From the NCBI GenBank assembly GCA_964016885.1, contig OZ024742.1, positions 34,720,001-34,784,000 of the forward strand: a DNA stretch of 64,000 nt, given 5' to 3'. The stretch's first letter is position 1, and each line of letters begins with the position of its first letter. The DNA comes from Eledone cirrhosa (Eukaryota). Made by a program: the position numbers and the translations under genes. Below the pieces are notes generated by a model that made no database searches, was not told the DNA's origin, and was given only the letters and a program-made list of their open reading frames with translations. Below, in pieces: positions 48,690 through 62,111 of the stretch.

Positions 48690-51600
48690 AAAAAAACAAC
48701 AAAAAGAAAACCCCGTGACCAAGAAATACCGGGATGGTGGCCGGCGGGGAATAGCCATGTCTCTAGGGGAGAACGACCCCTCTAGTCTTGGTTGACATTC
48801 GTTCTAGAAGTGGTAACACGAAATGATTACCCCTTGGCGGATAAGGATAAAACGCGACAAAATAAAGTAAATGTCTAATGATAAAATCTCATACAGGATC
48901 GGCCGTCACCCGGGTAAAAAAGGGCCGCGTCCCTCAGAGAGGAACCAGACTGGGGTCGAAAAATCAGCTAATGGTTCAAACCTTCCCATCACTTCGGAGC
49001 TGGAGACCTCCCATAACCGGAATACTCCTACTGTTGGCCCTCCATGCTCACCACCAAGAAATCCAAAGAAAAAGAGAGAAAAATGGTCAAGGGAAGATAA
49101 TAAAGAAGTCCTTGAGGCTTTCTACACTGCCATGTACTACCCATCAAATACATCGAATACAGAACAAACATATATCAACTGGAAAAAGAAACATCCCGAA
49201 AACAGAGGCTATATTGACAGTAACAAACTAGCCAATATACGAAGAAATATTGTAAGAAAAAAGTTACTAACTGATATAGAAATTGATCAAATCAAGCTAG
49301 TAGCACAAAGTCAGCGAAGGGAAAATGAAGCATGTGTCAGTGAAAACGAGGTAAACTGTAACACTTCGAATCCCAGGGTTGGGGCGGAATCACTGGCAAC
49401 AGAACAAATTAAAGAAAGGAGCGAAAAAGTGGAGGGAGTGCGTGCTCAGGATGAAACTCCAAATGAAAATAATGAGATCGTAAATGATAAAGAAATGAAT
49501 GAGAATGAACTTGCCAACTTGAAGGATGAAATTATGATCGAATGGATGAAAATGAAAGAATCTGACATGGGGCAACGAGACACCCTCCCTAAGATCCAGA
49601 ACTCCAAACAGAACCAAAAAATAATACACAAGACTAACATAATTCTCAAAAACATTATCATCACAAACAAACTAAACATTACTGACTTAAATCATCTCTA
49701 TTATGCATCGGCTAAAGTCACCACTCACTTATGTCGAGTGAAGATGAAAAAACAAAGGAATTCCCACAAGAAATCTACTTGGCAAGATAACATCAATCGC
49801 CAAATAAACCTTCTCCGATCTGACATAGAAATTTTAACAAACTATAAAGTAGGTGAACATGTTAAACAAACTAAACTTAGAAAATTGAAAAAAAAGTACA
49901 GTATAATATCAACATATGACATAGACATGCTGATAGAAACAATCTAGCAAAAAGTGTCGGCCAAAGCTGCTCGTATCAGGCGCTTTGAAAAACGATCTAG
50001 ATTCTATAAGGACAATAATATGTTCAAAAACAACCAAAGAAACTTCGACAGAAAAATTGGTAAGTCAACAATAACTGCTAAATCAATACCACCCAAGGAG
50101 GAAGTGCAAGAATTCTGGGAAAAGATCTGGGCCGAAGAAAAAGTTCATAACATACATGCCCCATGGATAGACAGACAAATGAAAGAAACAGCTCACCTTG
50201 AACAACAAACATGGGAAAATATAACAGTTGAACAGTTGCGCTTGGCTCTAAGAAAAACCAGCAAATGGAAATCCCCAGGAAAAGACAAAATACAAAACTT
50301 TTGGATAAATGCCTTCACAGAGTCTCATGAGCTGTTAGCCCAACTTTACAATGAAATAGTTAAGGAGCCAGAAAAGATACCATCATGGCTAGTTAACGGC
50401 ATTACATTCCTGCTACCGAAGAATGATGAGACAAACAATCCCAAAAATTACAGACCGATAACCTGCTTGACCACAATGTATAAAATTTTAACATCAGTCC
50501 TAACTGAATACACATATGACCAGCTGATAACAAATGACCTATTTCCCATTGAGCAGAAAGGGTGTAAACGAGGCTCATATGGCTGTAAGGATCAGCTTCT
50601 GGTTAACAAAATGATACTGGAAGATTGTCATAATAGACACAAAAATCTATCGATTGCTTGGATAGATTATAAAAAAAGCATTCGATAGTTTGCCACACAG
50701 TTGGATTGAAAAATGTTTAGAGATTTTCAAAATATCCCCCGTTGTCAGGAGGTCTTTGTCATTCAGTATGAAGACATGGAGAACGACACTCCTTTTGAAT
50801 AGTGAAACAAAATCACTGGAAGCTGGAGAAGTTAATATTAATTGTGGAATTGTTCAGGGTGACTCTTTATCACCGCTTTTATTCTGCATCGCACTTATAC
50901 CATTAAGAAAAATGCTCAATGAAACAAAACATGGATATAGAGTCTATGACAAAACCATTAATCACCTGTTCTACATGGATGACCTGAAACTATTTGCAAA
51001 AATGATGAACAATTGCAAGGGCTATTATCCACTGTGAAGCAGTTCAGTGATGACATTAAAATGGAGTTTGGACTGGATAAATGCGCCAAAGCAACGTTCA
51101 CCAGAGGAAAGCTGCTGAAGAGTTCAGACATTAATCTTGATCGGGGGAACGTGATAAGAGAGCTTGATCAAGAAAAAACTTACAAATATCTAGGTGTTTG
51201 TGAAGGAGACGGAATCAAGCACTCCACAATGAGGGAAAGGATAAGGAAGGAATGTTACCGCAGAGTCAGAGAAATCTTAAGAACGGAATTGAATGCAAGG
51301 AATAGGATCGATGCCATAAACACGCTTGCCATACCAGTAGTAACCTACAGTTACAATGTCATCAACTGGTCAAGCACAGAGATCCGTAGGCTCGATACAA
51401 AAATCCGAAAATTCTTAACCATGCACAGAATGCATCACCCTAAGGCAGACATAGATAGAATATATCTCCCTAGGAAAGAAGGAGGACGTGGGTTAATCCA
51501 GTTAGACATTGCGTTGAAAACTGCAACAATTGGTTTATCCACATATCTAAGGAATCACATGATTGGATGATCAAACTCGTTTTGAAACACGAAAGCACCA

Positions 51601-52663
51601 AAAGATCATATTCCATTACAAAAGATGCACAAAGATACAGTAATGGACTACAAATTTCAGAAGTCCCATTTACTGCTGAAATGGAAAACACAGAAAAAGC
51701 AAAGCAGGTAAAAGTAACTGCAAAGAAAGAACTGCTACAGAAACTGGCTAAGAAATGGCAAGAAAAGCCTCTGTATGGAAAATACCCAGAGCGAGCTAAC
51801 AATCCTGATGTTGACAAAACTTTAACCCATCAGTGGTTGGCATCCTCTGGACTGAAATCGGAGACTGAAGGACTGATTATATCGGCACAAGATCAGTGTC
51901 TGCCAACAAAAAATTACCAAGCCAACATAATAAAAAATGGATGCAGCCCATTATGTCGTGTATGCAAAAAACAACCAGAGACCATTGACCATATAATTTC
52001 AATGTGCAGTCCTATAGCTCCAACCGAATACCTAAATAGGCATGACAGAGCTGCACAATACATACATTGGATAATGTGTAAGCATTTTGACCTGCCCCAT
52101 CAAAAGAATTGGTGGGAGCATCAACCACCTCCCATACTTGAAAAAGATCACATCTCAATCTTGTGGAACTTTAGCATCCAAACAGACCGAAAAATAGATG
52201 CAAATAGACCTGATATAATATTGAAGGACTTTCAAAGGAGGGTATGCCTGCTAATTGATATGTCTGTTCCAATAGACAAGAATGTATCTATAAAAACATT
52301 TGAAAAATTGAGCAAGTATAAGGACCTGGAGATAGAAATTGGAAAAATGTGGAAATTGAGAACTAAAACAATACCAGTGGTTGTAGGCGCTCTGGGAATG
52401 ATACCTAAGGGGTCTAACGACTACTTATCTTAAATCCCAGGAAACCCGCGTATAGGAGAAATACAAAAGATAGTACTAATGGGAACTGCCCATATACTAA
52501 GGAAGATCCTGTCAATATAAGTACATCACAAGTCTAAACACTAAGGATGCATGTGTGAATATGTATGTTCTTTCTTGAACATGGCGGACCTTGTTGTCTC
52601 TTGAGGTCACTGGTTGTGACTTGGTGATAACTCGTATGAACATAAAGCAAGATAAATGCAACT

Positions 52664-52664
<1 letters not shown>
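48690..52664 (+). mobile_element. R4/Dong-type RLE non-LTR retrotransposon, family A, near full length, disrupted
   Basis: N-terminal KREKWSREDNKEV; RT KSPGKD, YRPITCL, EQKGC, IDYKK, QGDSLSP, FYMDDLKLF; CRVC..ETIDHIISMC; RHD; RPDII..IDMSVP..KLSKY; (TAA)n tail. TAG at 49945, three homopolymer frameshifts, TAA at 52431. 5' boundary approximate. Confidence 0.9.
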
Positions 52665-52739
<75 letters not shown>

Positions 52740-55713
52740 GGAGATGAATGCTGATGGGCTAGGACAAGATTTGGTTGATATCCTAAACTTAGTGGTAGAT
52801 GAATTGAACAATGATAGTGGGAGACCTATGAACCTAAGATTTGTAGACAGGAAAAAGTTAAAAGAAACAACAGCTAAGGTAAACAAAGTCATCCCATACC
52901 TCGAGGCGAGGAGCCTTCACCAGTGCAACAATATCCTCAAAGCAACAGCAAATACGGTGAGGAAACTACTTGGTATAAAAGCGAGAGGAAACAACAGACA
53001 AGAAAGATCAGAGCCTTGGTGGAAGAAACGACTGAGTGGTCAAATCGGGGAAATGAGAAATGACATTGGAAAGCTTGAGTCCCTACTGAATGGGACACTA
53101 AAAAACATAGACACTAAAAATAGACTGGAAATAAAGTACAAAACTAGGAGGAAAAACTAAATATTATCATAGAGGAACTGAAGCAACGCATTGTAGCAAA
53201 GAGTGCAAAAATCAGGCGATACGAGAACAGAGTCAGTCAGTATAGACAGAACCGCATGTTCGACAACAACCAGAAGATGCTGTTTGGACAGCTTGAAGGG
53301 AAAGAAAGAGGCAACGACTTGATCCCTGAGGCGGAACAAACTAAAACATTCTGGAGAGGAATATGGGAGAAGGATGTTAAACATAATGACCAGGCAGTGT
53401 GGATTGAGACAGTACAGAGGGAGATTAGTGAACAGGCACACCAACAAACTGATTTGAGTATCACAGTTGAAACTCTTAAGGGGCAGGCCAAGAAACTAAC
53501 CAACTGGAAATCGCCAGGCCCAGATGGTGTGCAGGGGTATTGGATTAAAAATATAACATCCCTCCACCCGAAACTGACAACCATGTTCAATGACTGCTTG
53601 ATGTCAGGTGAGGTACCAGAGTGGTTGACAAAAGGTACCACAGTTCTGATAATGAAAGACCGAATCAAGGGTAATGATGTTACCAACTATAGACCTATCA
53701 CATGTCTGTCCGTAATGTGGAAACTGTTGACAGGCATTATGTCTGAGGAAATCTACCATCACCTCCACACAAACAACTTGTTACCGGACGAACAGAAAGG
53801 ATGCCGAAAGAAGTCACGTGGTACAAAGGACCAGTTACTTATTGATAAGATGGTAATGAGGAATTGCAAGAGGAGACACACTGGTCTTGCCATGGGATGG
53901 ATAGACTATAAAAAGGCATTTGACATGGTGCCTCATTCTTGGATCACCAAAAGCCTGGAGATCTTCAAGGTGGCAGATAACATCAGACAGTTGGGCAAAA
54001 GTATGAAGTCCTGGGAAACAGAGTTAACATCAACTGGAGAATCCTTGGGAAGCGTGAAGATCAAGAGAGGTATCTTCCAGAGAGATAGTCTGTCCCCTCT
54101 GTTGTTTGTCCTTGCCCTGATGCCCCTGACCAGTGTACTGCGAAAAGTGAGAGCAGGATACAGGTTGGGAAAGGGAGGGCTTACCATCAATCACCTCCTC
54201 TTCATGGACGATCTTAAGCTCTTCGGGAAGAGTGAGAAGGAGTTGGATGTGCTTGTTGACACTGTCCGTATTTTCAGCAATGATATATGTATGCAATTTG
54301 GTATTAGTAAGTGTGGAGTCATTGTGATGAAGAGGGGTAAATTGAACAGAAGTAACGGAATCCAGGTACCAACAGGTGAGATGATAAAGGAAATTGACTC
54401 TGAAGAAGGATACAAGTATTTGGCTGTTCTGGAGGCTGATGACATCAAGAACAAAAAAATGAAGGAATTGATAAGAACTGAATACATTCGGAGAGTAAGG
54501 AGCGTATTAAAGTCACATCTGAACAGTAGGAATGCCATAAGTGCAGTAAATTGCCGAGCTGTGTCTATTATTAGGTACAGTGCGGGAATTCTGAGATGGA
54601 ATGTTGCTGAACAAAAGAAATGGATAGGAAGACTAGGAAGCTATTGACTATCTACAACATGTTCCACAAGAGGAGTGATGTCGATAGACTCTACTTAAGG
54701 AGATCTGAATGTGGAAGAGATCTTATCAGCATAGAGGACTGTGTTCAGATGGAGAAAAACAACCTACACAAATACGTGACTGATAGTAAGGAGCCAATGC
54801 TCAGAACTGTACTGAAGGAGGGGACAATAGGCCAGGGGATGTCCAAGGAGGAAATGACATCAAGGAGAAAGAGCAGCGTTCAGGAAAAATCCCTTCATAG
54901 TACCTTCTTTGAGAAAACTGAATTCAGAGATCCACAGACATGGAACTGGTTGAAAAGAGGAGACCTTAAAAAGGCTACAGAAGGAATGTTAATGGCTGCG
55001 CAGGAGCAGGCCCTCAAAACGAAGTGGTTGAAACACCATATTTACAAGGAGGAGGCTAGCCCACTGTGCAGGATCTGTGGAGAGAGAGAGGAGACTGTGG
55101 TTCACATTGTATCCGAGTGTAAACACCGAGCCCAGACTCACTATAAGGGCTGGAGACATGATGTGATGGGCAGGGTGATCCACTGGCACCTATGCAAAGT
55201 AAACAATTTACCACATTCTGAGAAGTGGTATGGGCATAAGCCAGAGTCGGTGATAGAAAACGATCAGGTGAAGGTGGCGTGGGATTTTAGGATACAGACG
55301 GACAAGAAACTGGAACACAATAGACCTGACCTGGTGGTTGTGGACAAAGAAAAAAGATCGTGCCTGATTGTGGATGTGGCCTGCCCATTCGACACGAGAG
55401 TGCAAGAGAAGAAGAGGGAGAAAATTAACCGATACCAGGACTTAAAGTGAGAGGTAAAAAGGATTTGGAACTGCCATGAAGTCAAAGTTATCCTGATTGT
55501 CATAGGCGGACTAGGGACTATCTCAAAAAGATTCCAGGGATGGTTAAAGAAAATTGGCCCCTTCACGCTTTTTGGAACGCTTCAAAAGGCATGCTTGCTA
55601 GGAACAGCAAGAACCCTCCGATACGTCCTGAATATCTGAGGCTGCAGGTAGTGGCTTGATATTCATTTCAACAAACTTTCCAGTTAACTAACATCAATGA
55701 CTGAGACTCAAAG
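52740..55713 (+). mobile_element. R4/Dong-type element, family B, 5'-truncated
   Basis: WKSPGPDG, YRPITCL, IDYKKAFD, LFMDDLKLF, CRIC..ETVVHIVSEC, RHD, RPDLVVVD..IVDVACP; frameshifts at ~53157 and ~54620, TGA at 55448; (AAT)n on both sides. Confidence 0.9.
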
Positions 55714-55733
55714 AATAATAATAATAATAATAA

Positions 55734-58346
55734 AAAAATTGGTAAGTCAACAATAACTGCTAAATCAATACCACCCAAGGAGGAAGTGCAAGAATTTTGG
55801 AAAAAGATCTGGGCCGAAGAAAAAGTTCATAATATACATGCCCCATGGATAGACAGACAAATGAAAGATACAGCTCACCTTGAGGAACAAATATAGGAAA
55901 ATATAACAGTTGAACAGTTGCGTTTGGCTCTTAGAAAAACCAGCAAATGGAAATCCCCAGGAAAAGACAAAATACCAAATTTTTTGATAAATGCCTTCAC
56001 AGAGTCTCATGAGCTGTTAGCCCAACTTTACAATGAAATAGTTAAGGAGCCAGAAAAGATACCATCATGGCTAGTTAACGGCATTACATTCCTGCTTCCG
56101 ATGAATGGTGAGACAAACAATCCCCAAAATTACAGACTGATAACTTGCTTGACCACAATGTATAACATTTTAACATCAGTCCTAACTGAATATACATATG
56201 ACCACCTGATAACAAATGACCTATTTCCCATTGAGCAGAAAGGGTGTAAACGAGGCTCATATGGCTGTAAAGATCAGCTTTTCGTTAACAAAATGATACT
56301 GGAAGATTGTTATAATAGACACAAAAATCTATTAATTGCTTGGATAGATTATAAAAAGCATTCGATAGTTTGCCACACAGTTGGATTGAAAAATGTTTAG
56401 AGATTTTCAAAATATCTCCCTTTGTCAGGAGGTTTTTGTCATTCAGCATGAAGACATGGAAAACGACACTCCTTTTGAATAGTGAAACAAAATCACTGGA
56501 AGCTGGAGAAGTTAATATTAATTGTGGGATTTTTCAGGGTGACTCTTTATCACCGCTTTTATTCTGCATCGCACTTATAACATTAAGTAAAATGCTCAAT
56601 GAAACAAAACATGGATATAAAGTCTATGACAAAACCATTAATCACTTGTTCTACATGGATGACCTGAAACTATTTGCAAAAAAGGATGAACAATTGCAAG
56701 GGCTATTATCCACTGTCGAGCAGTTCAGTAATGACATTAAAATGGAGTTTGGACTAGATAAATGCGCCAAAGCAACGTTCACCAGAGGAAAGGTGCTGAA
56801 AAGTTCAGACATTAATCTTGATCGGGGGAATGTGATAAGAGAACTTGATCAAGAGGAAACTTACAAATATCTAGGTGTTTGTGAAGGAGACGGAATCAAG
56901 CACTCGACAATGAGGGAAAGGATAAGGAAGGAATGTTACCGCAGAGTAAGAGCAATCTTAAGAACGGAATTGAACGCAAGGAATAGGATCGATGCCATAA
57001 ACACGCTTGCCATACCAGTAGTAACCTACAGTTACAATGTCATCAACTGGTCAAGCACAGAGATCCGTAGGCTCGATACAAAAATTCGAAAATTCTTAAC
57101 CATGCACAGAATGCATCACCCTAAGGCAGATACAGATAGAATATATCTCCCTAGGAAAGAAGGGGGACGTGGGTTAATCCAGTAAGACATTGCGTTGAAA
57201 ACTGCAACAATTGGATTATCTACATATCTAAGGGAATCACATGATTGGATGATCAAACTCGTTTTGAAACACGAAAGCATCAAAAGATCATACTCCATTA
57301 CAAAAGATGCACAAAGATACAGTAATGGACTACAAATTTCAGAAGTCCCATTTACTGCTGAAATGGAAAACACAGAAAAAGCAAAGCAGGTAAAAGTAAC
57401 TGCAAAGAAAGAACTGCTACAGAAACTGGCTAAGAAATGGCAAGAAAAGCCTCTGTATGGAAAATACCCAGAACGAGCTAACAATCCTGATGTTGACAAA
57501 ACTTTAACCCATCAGTGGTTGGCATCCTCTGGACTGAAATCGGAGACTGAAGGACTGATTATATCAGCACAAGATCAGTGTCTGCCAACAAAAAATTACC
57601 AAGCCAACATAATAAAAAATGGATGCAGCCCATTATGCCGTGTATGTAAAAAACAACCAGAGACCATTGACCATATAATTTCAATGTGCAGTCCTATAGC
57701 TCCAACCGAATACCTAAACAGGCATGACAGAGCTGCACAATACATACATTGGATAATGTGTAAGCATTTTGACCTGCCCCATCAAAAGAATTGGTGGGAG
57801 CATCAACCACCTCCCATACTTGAAAAAGATCACATCTCAATCTTGTGGAACTTTAGCATCCAAACAGACCGAAAAGTAGATGCAAATAGACCTGATATAA
57901 TACTGAAGGACTTTAAAAAGAGGGTATGCCTGCTAATTGATATGTCCGTTCCAATAGACAAGAATGTATCTATAAAAACATTTGAAAAATTGAGCAAGTA
58001 TAAGGACCTGGAGATAGAAATTGGAAAAATGTGGAAATTGAGAACTAAAACAATACCAGTGGTTGTAGGCGCTCTAGGAATGATACCTAAGGGGTCTAAT
58101 GATTACTTATCGTAAATCCCAGGAAACCCGCGTATAGGAGAAATACAAAAGATAGTACTAATGGGAACTGCCCATATACTAAGGAAGATTCTGTCAATAT
58201 AAGTACATCACAAGTCAAAACATCTAAAGATGCATGTGTGAGTATGTATGTTCTTTCTTGAACATGGCGGACCTTGTTGTCTCTTGAGGTCACTGGTTGT
58301 GACTTGGTGATAACTCGTATGAACATAAAGCAAGATAAATGCAGCT
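55734..58346 (+). mobile_element. R4/Dong-type element, family A, 5'-truncated copy
   Basis: Highly similar to ~50052-52664 including the 3' UTR; (TAA)n tail 58347-58364. Confidence 0.92.
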
Positions 58347-58364
58347 GTAATAATAATAATAATA

Positions 58365-58700
58365 ATTGTTTCTACTTTTGGCACAAGGCCAGCAATTATC
58401 CCAGTGTATTACTGGTACTTTATTTTATCGACTATGTAAGGATAAAATCAAAGTTAACCTCGGCGGGATTTGAACTCAGACCATAAAGGGCCATAACTCT
58501 ATGCTGCAAAGCATGGCGTCCGACTCTCTACCGATATAATAATTGTTTCTACATTTGGCACAAGGTCTGCAATTTGAAGGGGAGGGGAAAGCCAATCAAA
58601 TCGATCCAGTGCGTAACTGCTAATTTATTTTATCGACCCCGTAAGGATGAAAGGCAAAGCTAACCTCGGCAGAATTTGAACTCAGAATGTAAAGGGCCTT
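58365..58700 (-). mobile_element. Two S1 SINEs
   Basis: Reverse-complement S1 units; the tail of the first is continuous with the (TAA)n tract. Confidence 0.8.
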
Positions 58701-59375
58701 AGCTCTGACAATGCAGCCTTCGTATTTGGCATTGAAGGAATGGTATAATGCCATTCTTGAGAGTAGCACCTCAGTTGCAATGCCACTTCTAATCGCCTGG
58801 TCTAATTTAGCAACCACTTTCCCCTCTTTCTATTTATTTCTAGCGCTAATTCTTTGTTAAAACCTTTTGAAACTACTCTAATCGCTTTCTTGAGAGCACC
58901 CCACCATTTCTTGTTGACGACGTCTCCTGTCAACTTACACTTAGCTAAATTGGTGACCCGGTCCCTGCAGACTTTACACACCGGGAATGATATGTTAACC
59001 TTCCAGTAACCAGGTCCTAGATTACATGTTCTATCTATCCTTTATCTTTATTTACACACCTAACGAAAAACCTATTTATATATGATCTAGATGAACATAT
59101 GCGGTTAGTCCAGGCCCACACTGGCACATTAAGGAAATCTAATCGATACCTGTCAGACAGTTGGAACTGGCTGATCAGGTACCTGAGGCTTTTGCATCCT
59201 CTACTCCTATCAGCTACTCCCACACAATCCCAGCGTGCCTTAAAAATGCCGTTCTAATCCCCGCTAACACTAAAGAGTGAGACGTTCCCAGAAAGGCTTC
59301 CAGGTGGCTAAAGTAATCAGACCGTCCGGCTCTGGTCGGGGCGTAGATTGCCACCTGTCTAAAAGCACAAACTTC
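58700..59375 (-). pseudogene. Relic of an L1/Tx1 ORF2 (APE/linker)
   Basis: QLSDRYRLDFLNVPVWAWTNRICSSRSY and FNAKYEGCIVRA, homologous to 44120-44900. Confidence 0.8.
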
Positions 59376-59785
59376 GCTATTGTCGTTGAGTGGAAGAATA
59401 ACAAAGCAACTATTGTGGATATTGCTTCACCGCAGGACTATAGGGTGAATGAGAAGGAAAGTGAGAAAGTTGAGAAATACCAGGAGCTGAAGTGGGGAAT
59501 CGGGAAATTATGGAGAATCAGACATGTAAAAATGGTATCGATTGTGGTTGGCCCACTGGAAGCAGTTAGTAAAAGGTTGGATGTATGGCTTGAGAAGCTA
59601 TGGGTTACCGTCAGGATGGGATTGTTGCAGAAAACAGCCTTGCTTGGAACGGCAAGGATTCTAAGGAGAGTGCTAGAAAGCTGAAGGAAACAGAATGACT
59701 AAAAGGACTTTTGGCCATTGGCTATGGCTCGCTATTTTGGTATAGTGTTGGTATAACATCTGCCAGAGAAAAAGCGTTTCGAATT
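59376..59785 (+). mobile_element. 3' fragment of a third R4/Dong-type family
   Basis: IVDIASP..EKVEKYQELK..IVVG..LQKTALLGTARILRRVL*, short 3' UTR, ATAATAATAG tail. Confidence 0.8.
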
Positions 59786-59805
59786 ATAATAATAGTAATG
59801 GTAAT

Positions 59806-59970
59806 GGTTTCTGATTTAGGCACAATGCCAGCAATTTGGGGAGAGAGGAAAGTCGATTAAATCGACCCCATTGCGTGACTGGTGCTTTATTATATCGACC
59901 CCGTAAGGATGAAAGGCAAAGCTAACCTCGGCATGTTGTCCGAGGCTCTACTGTTGCTGCCAATCCGCCC
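59806..59970 (-). mobile_element. S1 SINE, internally deleted
   Basis: GCACAATGCCAGCA..TATCGACCCCGTAAGGATGAAAGGC. Confidence 0.7.
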
Positions 59971-60504
59971 TTAATAATAATAAGTCATCACAATCATCAT
60001 TATCATAATTATCTTTACTTTGTTCCAGTTACTTTTGTTTTGTTTATTTTGCTCCTTGTCAGTTGTGAACGATCAGTCGTGCAGCATGGTTGTAATCGGT
60101 CGAGCAACAGGGTATGATCCACATATCTAATATTACAGATATACAAAACCACCTGTTTAATGAAAGGGAAAATAAGTCAAAGCTGGCCTCGACGCAATTT
60201 AAACTCAGAGCTCAGAGAGCTTGAATGAATAACGCAAAGCATTCTAGCCGACGCCCTGACGACTCTGTTAATATATCCCACGATGCTTCTATGTAGTCAC
60301 TTAATCTAATAGAAATAGCAACCTTTACTAACTTACATGACAGCTTATATTTTCACCTTTACTAACTTACATGACAGCTTATATTTTCTTTTTTTATCAT
60401 AAAAGGACACACTGAACTAGAAAATTCGAGATGAAAGCTGTCTGAAAATAAGACTAAATAATTATTGTTGGATTATATATGATAATGAGAGTGATCAAGA
60501 TTGT

Positions 60505-60852
60505 TTGGCCTATGTCGGTTTCAATGATGGGTGTTCCAGGTTATTTGATCAACCGAACAGCCTGCTTTTGAACTTGTGCAAGTGGTTGTGCCTTTCACAA
60601 ACACGTGTACCTACTACCGTAGTTCTCAAGGTGAATCAAGGTAACACAGAATTTAACAAATCTGACATGTTCAATTCCAAACACAGCTCATTTTCTCCAG
60701 TTATCTGGACTGAAACCGCATGGAATAAAGTGTCTTGCGCAATGTCACAACACCACCACCCTCACACCCAAACTACCTTACCCTGTTCTAGGAATCGAAC
60801 TTCAGACCTTATGACCTTGAGCTGAACAACCTAACCACAAATCTACATGCCT
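60505..60852 (-). mobile_element. S2-type SINE
   Basis: GGAATCGAAC (B box, minus strand) and AATAAAGTGTCTTGCGCAA (reverse complement of the CORE-like body). Confidence 0.6.
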
Positions 60853-61395
60853 TAACCTGTGTTAAATAACAGCAAGCTGGCCAGCCGCAGGTGTGAGCCT
60901 CGCTTTTCCAGCGTATCTCCCTTACCGTCCTCCGGAAAAACGCCTTCTCCATTCTGTCCGCCACGGCTGTGGGGAGGTCACCAATATGATTGACTGACTT
61001 GTATATATATAATATATAAGATCAAAAGATGGTTAAAAGAGTTCCATGTATTTTATTATGCGCATTTCAAAAACAAATATCATCATGCGATGACATTTGC
61101 GTTTTCGTCAGCTAAAATAGGGAGAGTTTTTTTCTCTGTTTTTTTCTCTGTCTGATGGTTTGGTATCTCCCCGTTATTTTCATCTGTTCTCTTTTCTTTT
61201 TGCTTTCTTCTTTTTCTTTATCTATCTCTCCCTTTCTTTTCTCCACGTTTCTCTCTCTCTCTCCATCTTTTTACTTACTCTTAACACTATGACTTACTAA
61301 AGTAAACAAACCACTATCCTGATGGCCTCCAAAAGCAACGGTCACTTTTTAAAAGGGTACGTCAATGTCTATTTATAAAACTGTTATATATTGTA

Positions 61396-61456
61396 TTTTG
61401 TCTGATGAAGGCATACCATAATTTAACTTGGTATCCTTGAAATATATATAATGAAA
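61396..61456 (+). ncRNA. Type I hammerhead in a solo PLE 3' end (~61010-61498)
   Basis: TTTTGT-CTGATGA-AGGCATACCA...TGGTATCCTT-GAAA-TATATA-TA-ATGAAA, overlapping AATAAA, then (TA)n. Confidence 0.75.
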
Positions 61457-61497
61457 TAAATACTGTTTTATAAATATAGTTTCCATTTATTAATATC

Positions 61498-61551
<54 letters not shown>

Positions 61552-62111
61552 CACACACACACACACATATATATGTATACATACACACACACATGCATAC
61601 AAAGCTATACAAATATACACATACAAATACGTATATATCATAAACACGCACAACCAAATACAAACACACACACACACATACAAATATATATATATATACA
61701 CACATATATATATGTGTGTGTGTAAAACTCAATCTTAGATAATTCATATGAACCTTACATATATATATAGTAGTAATGTAATAAGCAACATAAGGCAATT
61801 ATTCCATTCACCAGTGGTTTCTTAAAAGCAAGAAAATTTTGCCTTCAATCCTCAGAATGAAAAAAACCTGGTCTATCTACATATACATATATATACACAC
61901 ATATATATATATATATACATACACAATCACATACATACACATACATATTGGTATGTGAAGGGTAAGGCAAAAAGAATATATGGGGGGGGGGGGAAGACAT
62001 AGGAAAAGGTGAAATATAAGGGGAGATAAGGGAGAAAAACATACAAGAGTACAGAACGTGGATTCAGCAAATAAAAAAAACCGTAGCAGAAGTAAAGAGC
62101 AGAGCAGGAGT

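Noticed and set aside
52591-52739. Poly-Asn N-terminus of the 189-aa ORF
   Set aside because: It is the (AAT)n tract between two elements read in frame by chance.
50650-56360. Programmed frameshift at the YKKAFD A-run in Dong copies
   Set aside because: One copy has +1 and the other -1 in the same homopolymer, which indicates slippage or sequencing error.
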